This document shows positions 43,745 through 52,230 of a DNA stretch of 64,000 nucleotides, in pieces; positions within the stretch are counted from its first letter, which is position 1, and every line of letters begins with the position of its first letter. The position numbers were made by a program, and so were the translations under genes. The notes under the pieces are model-generated. The model saw only the letters and a program-made list of their open reading frames with translations, was not told the origin of the DNA and did no database searches. The stretch lies in contig DUDF01000116.1 in assembly GCA_012959435.1 (NCBI GenBank), positions 5,366-69,365 on the forward strand, written 5' to 3'. The stretch is from Candidatus Poseidoniales archaeon (GTDB taxonomy: Archaea > Thermoplasmatota > Poseidoniia > Poseidoniales > Thalassarchaeaceae).

Positions 43745-46264
43745 TTATCCCATTAGGGCGCGATGAACCTTAGACTGGATTTCACGCATCCGGTCATTTG
43801 CCCCTAGTTCTCTGAACACAGTGAGGGAACGCTGTAGGTATTCCATGCGCCTACTACGATCAGGAGCCGCTTCACCAAGGCGCGCTAATAATTCACCAAT
43901 CAACACCCTAAAATCATTTGATTCGGCCAACACGAGGGCGTCACGGTAACATTCCATCGCTTCATCACGACGCCCCGCATCCACCAACACCTCACCTAAT
44001 AACAAAGTGATTTCAACTTCCGCGTGATGGTCCCTCTCTTCAGAGAGTCCATCTAGGGCACCTATGTAATGGTGTAACGCTAATTCACGGTCACCGGTCT
44101 TGGAATAGTATCTCCCTAAAACTGCGCGTGCCCTCGCTTGATGAACTGAACTGCCACCTTCGCTAGTCTCATCGTAAGCCAAAAACGCATGCTCTTTGGC
44201 CCTGTCCTCCTCTCCCATCTCAAGGAAGGCTGATGCTAATTTAATCCGTGATTCCACCAATTCAGGGTCATCTTCAGATTCAAGAAGTTCTTCCACATTA
44301 GCGTAAACCTCCAAGGCTCTCTTGTCATTTTTCTGGCGGCGGTAGATGTAACCCATATTGTTGTAAGTTCTAGCCGCCCCTCTAGGGTCGTTTAGTTTAA
44401 TGAATGACTCTAATGCTTCTTTGTGCAATGCAAGTGCTTCGTCGGCCTCGCCAATTGTAACTGAAATATCTGCTAGACTAGACTTAATTCTTGCTCGAAT
44501 TAATTCCTCCTTTTTACTAGAACCAAGTATTTCAATTGCTTCATTATAATGAGATTTAGCATCTGACCAATTTCCTTGCATTGAAAGAATATTGGCTCTG
44601 AGTTCAAGGATTACTGGCCACGCCGAATCATCTACTGAATCTTTGTCAACAGAATCGAGGATGGGGAATAATTCCATGTGACCTGCTTGAACAAGGTCTG
44701 AGCCAATAGTAGCAAGTGCTTCACCTAACTCCTCAGAGTCCCCGGACTGAGATAAGTGGAAGAGAAATTCAATCTGTTCCTCGGGGCGTTCTCTGCGTGT
44801 ACGATACCAATCTACTGCCTTTGCATGTAATTGCACGTTTGTATCAGAATCTAGTGAGCGGGTCAAAAATTCACGAATCAAATCGTGAACATCATACATT
44901 TCTGAATCAGCCTGTCTAGCCAATCCCTTCTCAACTAAGTCATCGAGCAAGTCTGTTTCTAAATCATGGCCGCTTAATGCTTCCAAAGGCATTGGCTCCC
45001 TGAAAACTGCAAGGGCACCAAGCAATCGTTTTTCAGCACCTGAAAGTTTGCTGAAAATTTCCTGTTCAATATACATTTCCAAGGTCTCGTAAAAAGTGGT
45101 CCCAATAGAACCACGATTAATCAAATTTAGAACAAGCGGGTGACCTCTAGATAATCCGTAGATGTGCTGGTAAGTCACTTCATCAACTGGCTCTAGTGAT
45201 GGCAGTAAATTTCTACAAGCATCCCTATCCAAGCCATCTAAAGGCACCACTAATGTTGTGATTTTACCTTCTGCGTCACGCAATGGAACGACTGATTTGA
45301 ATGACCGCGAAAAGAGAATCAAACCAGTTTCATCCAAGTCATCCATACGCTGAGTTAATCCCCTAATGACTGCATACAAAATGTCATCTGCGACCTTGTG
45401 TAAATCATCAATGACGATAATAGTTGGGACATCAATAAGTGAGTCCACAATTAAATCAATTGACATTTGTGCTACAGGCACTGGAGTAGCAGCTAGATAG
45501 TCCGAAAGGGAATCATTACCAATAGCAGCCAACCATTCCCCGCAAGCCTCTAGGAATGCCCTTGAACCCTCCCAATCTTGTACCCGGTGGTATAGTAAAT
45601 TGCGCTTATGTGTGAAGGTCTCTATCAATTTACCAGCAAGAGCAGTTTTTCCAATCCCTGCAATCCCAGGAACTAGAATTGTTGTTGACCGCGCATCAAG
45701 GAGATCTACCATCGTTTTTACTTCTGTGTCACGCCCATAGAAACTGCGTAATCTAGGTAAATCCTCAAGAGATGTTACTAGTTGTTTCTCTACGTGTTTT
45801 GCCAAATCTCTTTTTATTAATTCAGGATTCAATGGGCGCAAATCAACAAGGCCGCTATCATCCATATAACGGATAATATCAACCGCCCTAATAGAAAACG
45901 GTGAACTTTCAACCGCCTTTGCTAATGTTGTGCTACTTGTGCTTCCTTCTTGGCCAATCAATCTCACAGGATAGTTGGACAATCTCTCCCAAGTCTCTTC
46001 TGCAACAATCATGCCCGAATCGGTTAGGAAGTAGGCTTTCCGCTTACGAGTCACTCCTGTGACGTGAGTCTGCCTCTCAACCAACAAACCTTGGTCTCTT
46101 AGTCCAGCAATTGCCCTAGGAACATTACTACGAGCTATTGCAACAGCATTTGCAATACCCATCTGAGAAAGAGCAAACGGAACTTCAACCTTGCTTGAAT
46201 AATCTCCAAAGTCACGTAGGTGTAACAGGATTCTTTCCTGAACACCTGGTTTAATGACTACCAA
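43745..46264 (-). CDS. STAND-class P-loop NTPase with N-terminal winged HTH and C-terminal TPR repeats
   Basis: HTH LSQMGIANAVAIARSNVPRAIAGLRDQGL with wing RKRKAYFLT. FYGRDTE, Walker A GIAGIGKT, Walker B IIVIDDLH, sensor-1 LFSR, GHPLVL (GxP), VHDLIR (MHD-like). TPRs such as ARTYNNMGYIYRR. Confidence 0.9.
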   Translation of the reverse strand: MVVIKPGVQERILLHLRDFGDYSSKVEVPFALSQMGIANAVAIARSNVPRAIAGLRDQGLLVERQTHVTGVTRKRKAYFLTDSGMIVAEETWERLSNYPVRLIGQEGSTSSTTLAKAVESSPFSIRAVDIIRYMDDSGLVDLRPLNPELIKRDLAKHVEKQLVTSLEDLPRLRSFYGRDTEVKTMVDLLDARSTTILVPGIAGIGKTALAGKLIETFTHKRNLLYHRVQDWEGSRAFLEACGEWLAAIGNDSLSDYLAATPVPVAQMSIDLIVDSLIDVPTIIVIDDLHKVADDILYAVIRGLTQRMDDLDETGLILFSRSFKSVVPLRDAEGKITTLVVPLDGLDRDACRNLLPSLEPVDEVTYQHIYGLSRGHPLVLNLINRGSIGTTFYETLEMYIEQEIFSKLSGAEKRLLGALAVFREPMPLEALSGHDLETDLLDDLVEKGLARQADSEMYDVHDLIREFLTRSLDSDTNVQLHAKAVDWYRTRRERPEEQIEFLFHLSQSGDSEELGEALATIGSDLVQAGHMELFPILDSVDKDSVDDSAWPVILELRANILSMQGNWSDAKSHYNEAIEILGSSKKEELIRARIKSSLADISVTIGEADEALALHKEALESFIKLNDPRGAARTYNNMGYIYRRQKNDKRALEVYANVEELLESEDDPELVESRIKLASAFLEMGEEDRAKEHAFLAYDETSEGGSSVHQARARAVLGRYYSKTGDRELALHHYIGALDGLSEERDHHAEVEITLLLGEVLVDAGRRDEAMECYRDALVLAESNDFRVLIGELLARLGEAAPDRSRRMEYLQRSLTVFRELGANDRMREIQSKVHRALMG

Positions 46265-46333
46265 AACAATCCTCTCCTAATGGAATAGATACCTGCTACC
46301 ATTCAATAGTTTCGCCTCAGATAGAATTACCTT

Positions 46334-49300
46334 TCACTGTTCAGGTATCCACTGGTTAGTCTCTGGGTCCCACTTCCAACCAGGGTAAGTGGGCTGTGGT
46401 TCAGCAACTGGTTGGGCTGGTGCAGCCACTTGGGCCTGCGCCTCTTCCTGGTTCGCCTTACCCCAAGCATATGGGTCCTCTTCAACTACTTCGTGCGCCT
46501 CAATATCTCCAATTTCCGGCTCATCTTCAAATTCCACGAAGAAGAACATGAATACGGCCCCAAGTCCGGCTAAGACAACTATGGCCAAGACTGCCCAAAG
46601 AACCCAACCTAATGCGCTCTCTTGCGCAGAAGCACCGACTTGTACTGAAAGGGAATCACCAGTAAAATCGCCGCCGTATTCAAATTTTACCTCATTCACT
46701 CCAGACTCTAACTTATTGCTTTGCACACTCATCATCCAAGTACCATCATCACCAACAATGGTATTGTTTAGACGAAGCCCTGTATTTGAGGAACGAGCGA
46801 CCACTTCAACACCTGGACGACCATGTCCTGTGAAGATAGCCGTATCACCAGCAGCAATCTCAGGAATCCCATCAATTCGTTCAACATCAAAAGAAACAGC
46901 CCGTACAATGAAGTCAATATTCATGGTACGAGCATTTGATGAGCCATCCTTTGCAATGAATTGCATTCCTTCACATGACCACAAATCAATATCAGTTGTA
47001 TGGAAAGACATCCCCACTGGGTCATATGTCACTTTACCATAAATATCAATGGAAATTAAATCAGCGCATAATTCATCATGCTGTAAATCACTGTTTGCAA
47101 TTATTTCAGGATCATCAAAGACATCGTAATCCAGTTGGTCACCATCTTCATCAGAGAAAAATGGTGGCAGTACTATACTTCCACCATTCCCACATCTGTC
47201 AAGAGCTTGACTTCCATCTTCACAGAAGATGATCACTTCCCCAACCCAACCTGTTGAGTTGAAAAGTGGTGCACGGTTATTTGCATCTAATGGATTATGA
47301 ATAATCACTTCAACCTCTTTCCATTCACTATATGAATGGCCATCGAACGAACGAGCGCTGATGAGATAGTGGAAATCATGGATCATGTTGCTAGTATCCC
47401 AAGTTGTACTCCAGAGACCATTAGATTCTATCACAGTCACGTAAGGAGGAGCATTCGGTAATTCACGTAGGGCATCTTGAGGGTCCCGGATACGAATTTC
47501 TACTCGACTTACTGCGCCATCTGTATCTCTGGCTATTCCTGAAATAACAGTGTCATGGCTTGCTGAAATTACTTCATCTTCATATGGTGAAAGTAACGAG
47601 AGAACAGGTGCAGCGTTGCTATTGTCAATATCAAGTTCTAGTGTTACAGTATCACAAGTGTCAATGTCTTCAAGACAATAACCAGAATCAGACGCCCAAA
47701 TTACGAAAGTCCATGTTTCACGAATGCTTGGCATTACTGAAAAGTCCCATTCCCACGACCACTCTGAAAGTGCACCAATTGGGTTACCCTCTGAGTCGAG
47801 TGGACGAACTATACTAGTGGTCGTAGTTATCCAAGTAGGGCTTGACATACGGAAATGAATCTCTTGAATATCACTTCCAAGTGCTCCATTGTAAGCATCA
47901 CTTGCACTACCAGAAAAGACCACTTTCCCAGAATTATGCATAGAACCATTGACTGGGGATGCAACGTTAATTGTTGGTGGGTTTGTGTTTAATTTGATGG
48001 TTTTTGTTACGATTGGGCTGTAATCCACCCCATCATAAGCCCTGAAATCAAAGGTATAATCACCTTCAGGTTGGTCAGCCATGTCATACTCAAAGTGCCA
48101 GTTTTTGAATGGCCTATTATTACGAGTTACTTCGCCGTTTGAACCACTATCATCAACAGCATAACGAACATCAACCCATGAACTTGAATCAGGTGTCTTG
48201 ACTTCAATTCTCTGAACTGTACCTTGCTGCTCCCATTGAGCTTGCTGAGCAGTTCCAAATACGCCAGTCCCAATATTCCCATCCCAAGCATACCCTGTGA
48301 AATTGACGTTACGAATGAACGAGTGCCCATCACTTTGGGTAACAACAACTGTTGGATTTAGATTAGTCATTGCAAGAGTATCCTCATAAGTTCCTGTAAG
48401 ATTAAATGATGACTTATGGTATCCTTTACCAAATTTGTAAGCTGTTACGAAGTATTTTGACAATTCTCTCGTACCTGCGCCAGCATTGCAATCAGGGTCA
48501 TCCAAATCGTATAATAAATCTCCATCGTTATCGATTCCGTCAGCACAAGAATCTTCGCCAACATCATCAGCAAATCCATCTGGATTATTCCCATTTCCTC
48601 TTATATCAAGATGGAAATCAGATGGTAATGCAACCCAAGGAGCAAATCCTTGTGTGTCTGTTTGCAGATTGTAAAGATCATTCCCATGAGCATCCTCTAG
48701 CAGAATTGTTGCACCTGGTACCCTTACACCGCCAACAGTAGCCCTGATACGAACTAAAGCTGCTTCACGAACTTGAACCGCCCATGGAGTTGGAAGAGCG
48801 CCAATTTCTATCTTGTTAAGGGATAATCCAGACATGTTTGCATAGGTAAAAACAGTAGAATTGTTTACCGCTTGTAACGATAATGGGAAATTCACAGGAG
48901 GAATTGATGCAGTAGGTGGAAGAATCACCTGATTGTCCCAATTATTGAACTGGAAAGCCTCTCCACGATCCCACACTAACTGAATAGGCCAATCTCCACC
49001 AGTAACTGTGGGTATTGTCTCTGACTGAACCGTCACAGAACTCTTGGTGATGTTGTAAACAATATCTGAAACACCGAGCCATTGATTCCCTGAGAAGAAC
49101 GCCAATGAAGCGTATGTATGCTCATGGTCAACAATTTTTGCACCTTCTCCACCGACAGTGAATTCATTGTCTTGTACATCTAGAAGTGAGCCAATTGCAC
49201 GGATTGCATCACCTGCAACTCCTGTCACAATATTTCTCTTGATAGATGCGCTAGCTCGGAAAACGTGGAAAGCAGGGCAGGGAAAATCTTCTTCGTCCCA

Positions 49301-50695
49301 AACAGTATCTGAGGAACATGTACCTGATACATTGTTGAAGACATTGTCATTGATAGTAGCCCTAGCAGGAGCAGGTCCACTGACTGACCAACCAGAATCT
49401 TGAAAGTGGTATTCACCAACAACTATTGGCTCCCGATTAATTTCTAGGAATGTATTATTGTCAATTTCCATGTCAAAGTAACCAACACCCCAAATTCCGT
49501 TGTATCCAGTAATGGGTCCAATAACGTTGTTCGTAAATCGAACCTGAGTAACGACACCTGCAGCACCAGAAGATGAAACCACTTGGATCCCTGAACCTTC
49601 TGCTGCACCACTCATCACATTTCCTTCAACATGAGCATATGCAGCATCGTAAACAGTTAATGGGGAATTGTCGCCTGTTATGATTGAGTTACTAATGACA
49701 TTCACTTTGTAGTCTGTGTTTGAGATAGACCTACGACCATTAAGATCAATTCCCGTACAATCTGTTGCTATTGTATTTCCACTAATAGTACCTGCTGAAT
49801 CAGTATATCTGTATCCATAATCGCCACTTGCTACGACCCCATGGTCAATGTTAGTGAATGACTTCTGAGCCCAAAGGACGTGACGTCCGTTGTCCTCGGA
49901 AGAACAACCGTTCTCAGTACCGGTAAAAACGGGACTTAGGAAACGCACTGGGCCACTCGGGCTTCCAGCACCATATGTTTGCACTGCATTCCCAGCTAGG
50001 CTAGAAATTACTTCATCTGAACCTACTTCAAAAGAGCCACCATTGAATGTTGGTGCTGCTAAATCAAGAACTAGAACGCTAGAAGTATTGATGCTGGTAA
50101 ATTCCATCTCAGTAAGAGTTGGACTTGCACCATCGAGAATAAATGCAGCCCAACGAATCTCCCCCAAATCAGCAACATATCGAGGCATACCATACGCATT
50201 CTCAACTGTAACGTGATTGAAACTGGTTTGAGCAATATCAACTGTGTCGCGCACTAGCACACCTTCAAAGCAAGAAGGGTCGGCATTCCACAGTGGCTGA
50301 CCACTTGATGGATTTATCATTTTGTAACAACGACCTGTCGCTGATTCGTTGGCAGGGTTACCCCATCTGAGGGTAATTCTGCTTGCATTACTGCCCATTC
50401 CATTTGCCCCACAAGAGGTATCTGCAGCACACAGGTTACCTTTCACATCCAAGTATGTACCATTGAGAAATGTTACTGTTGTCCCAGGCTGAATAATCAA
50501 TTTTGCACCCGGTGCAATCTCAACATCACCTGTCAGAGTGTGTCCACCCTGCCAAATTTCAGTTCCTGTAATCGTACCACTTGTAGTTTCATTACTTGCA
50601 ACTACAGTGGGTGTCAAAGTGACTAATGCAGTCATCGAACTAATCACAAATAAAGCGACTAGAAGAAGACTTGTGGTTCGGTTATTCGTTTCCAT
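46334..50695 (-). CDS. Large (1,453 aa) surface protein: right-handed parallel beta-helix, Ig-like domains, TM anchor and short Trp-rich cytoplasmic tail
   Basis: Signal peptide, TLTGDVEIAPGAKLIIQPG, Asn-ladder repeats (ISGNTI, VEGNVM, IDNNTF, INDNVF), CADGIDNDGDLLYDLDDPDC, Ig repeats (SGSASD, SGIARDTDG), TM, YPGWKWDPETNQW. Confidence 0.85.
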   Translation of the reverse strand: METNNRTTSLLLVALFVISSMTALVTLTPTVVASNETTSGTITGTEIWQGGHTLTGDVEIAPGAKLIIQPGTTVTFLNGTYLDVKGNLCAADTSCGANGMGSNASRITLRWGNPANESATGRCYKMINPSSGQPLWNADPSCFEGVLVRDTVDIAQTSFNHVTVENAYGMPRYVADLGEIRWAAFILDGASPTLTEMEFTSINTSSVLVLDLAAPTFNGGSFEVGSDEVISSLAGNAVQTYGAGSPSGPVRFLSPVFTGTENGCSSEDNGRHVLWAQKSFTNIDHGVVASGDYGYRYTDSAGTISGNTIATDCTGIDLNGRRSISNTDYKVNVISNSIITGDNSPLTVYDAAYAHVEGNVMSGAAEGSGIQVVSSSGAAGVVTQVRFTNNVIGPITGYNGIWGVGYFDMEIDNNTFLEINREPIVVGEYHFQDSGWSVSGPAPARATINDNVFNNVSGTCSSDTVWDEEDFPCPAFHVFRASASIKRNIVTGVAGDAIRAIGSLLDVQDNEFTVGGEGAKIVDHEHTYASLAFFSGNQWLGVSDIVYNITKSSVTVQSETIPTVTGGDWPIQLVWDRGEAFQFNNWDNQVILPPTASIPPVNFPLSLQAVNNSTVFTYANMSGLSLNKIEIGALPTPWAVQVREAALVRIRATVGGVRVPGATILLEDAHGNDLYNLQTDTQGFAPWVALPSDFHLDIRGNGNNPDGFADDVGEDSCADGIDNDGDLLYDLDDPDCNAGAGTRELSKYFVTAYKFGKGYHKSSFNLTGTYEDTLAMTNLNPTVVVTQSDGHSFIRNVNFTGYAWDGNIGTGVFGTAQQAQWEQQGTVQRIEVKTPDSSSWVDVRYAVDDSGSNGEVTRNNRPFKNWHFEYDMADQPEGDYTFDFRAYDGVDYSPIVTKTIKLNTNPPTINVASPVNGSMHNSGKVVFSGSASDAYNGALGSDIQEIHFRMSSPTWITTTTSIVRPLDSEGNPIGALSEWSWEWDFSVMPSIRETWTFVIWASDSGYCLEDIDTCDTVTLELDIDNSNAAPVLSLLSPYEDEVISASHDTVISGIARDTDGAVSRVEIRIRDPQDALRELPNAPPYVTVIESNGLWSTTWDTSNMIHDFHYLISARSFDGHSYSEWKEVEVIIHNPLDANNRAPLFNSTGWVGEVIIFCEDGSQALDRCGNGGSIVLPPFFSDEDGDQLDYDVFDDPEIIANSDLQHDELCADLISIDIYGKVTYDPVGMSFHTTDIDLWSCEGMQFIAKDGSSNARTMNIDFIVRAVSFDVERIDGIPEIAAGDTAIFTGHGRPGVEVVARSSNTGLRLNNTIVGDDGTWMMSVQSNKLESGVNEVKFEYGGDFTGDSLSVQVGASAQESALGWVLWAVLAIVVLAGLGAVFMFFFVEFEDEPEIGDIEAHEVVEEDPYAWGKANQEEAQAQVAAPAQPVAEPQPTYPGWKWDPETNQWIPEQ

Positions 50696-50879
50696 GACAT
50701 CAAATCCTTGTTAAACAGCCGAGAACGCTGCCTAGTTATAAAAAAACGCCTTGCTGCAATTGCAAAAATATCAAAGTAGCGCCATAAGTATCATCGTAAA
50801 TGAGGTGCCCTTCGGCCTATTTGTATCATTTGATTGCTAAAGTATCAACAAATAAGGTGGTTTTAGAGCCACATTATTC

Positions 50880-52130
50880 TCAAAGTCTTGCTCCAACAGC
50901 ATCTGACCAACTATCAGCATTGAGAGAGCCATACCCGTATCTCAGATGGTGCTCACCTTGTACTTGGAAAACCCCTGGTTCAGACGAATCGGCGAGTGCG
51001 GACTTCACTAATTGGATAGGTGAACGGTCTCCTTGGTGAGTGTGACTAAGTCCCGGGTTGCCATTGTATCTCTCAAGTATCAACGCAAGAGCACCGGTGA
51101 CAAACACTGTAGAATCACTGGTACCATCACTTCTTGACCATGTAGTCCCAGTTCTTTCTGAAACAAAAGTTGAGTGGATCTCAACCCCGGGGGCAACTAC
51201 TTCTGGTTTCTGATTTGGCCAAATTCTAGATTCGCCTGATGCATTGGTTGGCGAGCCTGAACTTGAAAATTGCCAAAGTGAATTATTGCGGTGGACTGCT
51301 CCGACTGCAATAACTCCATCAACATTAGCTGGTACTGTGACATCAGGATAATCTTGACCAGCGCCGCCGTGATTTCCAGCAGCAGCCACAACAAATATCC
51401 CATTATCGAGTGCATCGCTAACCGCGCCTTCTGTCCTACCACCAAATGTAGAAACTAAATCCGGTTTCCCACCAAGACTCAAACTAATGATATCCGCATC
51501 CTTTTTGGTCCAACACCATTCAATCGCATCAGCAACAGCAACCTCTGAGCCTGAACCACCATCTGCGCCAAGTGCTGCTGCAACAATTAATTGTACATTT
51601 GGAGCAGCGCCAATGAATGAGCCGTTAGCAACAAGAATACCGGCCATCATTGTCCCATGAGATTGTGTCAAATCATTGTCATGAGGGTTATCGGTCCCAT
51701 GAATAAAATCTCTGAAACCAACAAGATTAACCCCTACCAAATCAGGATGTGTCATATCTATTCCTGTGTCAACAATGCAAACACGTACTCCTTTACCACT
51801 ATATCCATCAGCATTCAAGGTGCGTATTCCTGCATTCTCATAAGCCCATTCTGATTCAGGGATGAACTCATCGAGGTAACCAATTATTGAACTATAACTA
51901 ATCACCAATGCCACAATTAATCCAACTAACATCCATAACCCCCAAGGGAGGTTCAGAGGTCGTTTCCTAGGTTTAACCGCATCCGCATCCTTCCATGCCT
52001 GGGGGTCCATTTCAGTAGGCATACCATATGCCTCCGCTGGGTATCCAGATGCACCCGGATCAATTGTGGAAAGCATCCGCGGGTCCTCTGGTTCTGGCAG
52101 AAATTCAACACCCTCCAAACCCGGTATCAC
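50880..52130 (-). CDS. Membrane-anchored S8 subtilisin-family protease
   Basis: IVDTG (Asp), HGTMMAG (His), AAAGN, KPEVVAPG, DGTSDS (Ser). TM WGLWMLVGLIVALVISYSSIIGYL. GTG start with AGGTGA RBS. Confidence 0.92.
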   Translation of the reverse strand: MIPGLEGVEFLPEPEDPRMLSTIDPGASGYPAEAYGMPTEMDPQAWKDADAVKPRKRPLNLPWGLWMLVGLIVALVISYSSIIGYLDEFIPESEWAYENAGIRTLNADGYSGKGVRVCIVDTGIDMTHPDLVGVNLVGFRDFIHGTDNPHDNDLTQSHGTMMAGILVANGSFIGAAPNVQLIVAAALGADGGSGSEVAVADAIEWCWTKKDADIISLSLGGKPDLVSTFGGRTEGAVSDALDNGIFVVAAAGNHGGAGQDYPDVTVPANVDGVIAVGAVHRNNSLWQFSSSGSPTNASGESRIWPNQKPEVVAPGVEIHSTFVSERTGTTWSRSDGTSDSTVFVTGALALILERYNGNPGLSHTHQGDRSPIQLVKSALADSSEPGVFQVQGEHHLRYGYGSLNADSWSDAVGARL

Positions 52131-52230
52131 AGTCTCACCTAATATCCGGTAAAGGCGATGCTAAATGCACTCTTCGGCGTTTGGTCCCGAACCATCCTAG
52201 TTTTGTAACCAAGGATAACTTTGTATTCCA

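Noticed and set aside
39030..46264. MBL hydrolase plus STAND NTPase as an Avs1-like antiviral system
   Set aside because: The genes are on opposite strands, separated by the pilin trio, and the MBL looks like housekeeping YycJ/WalJ. The STAND protein has no protease or nuclease effector.
46389..47042. 217-aa plus-strand ORF
   Set aside because: Ser/Thr/Pro-rich antisense shadow of the 1,453-aa surface protein with no motifs. The same applies to the many 60-170-aa ORFs opposite the long genes.
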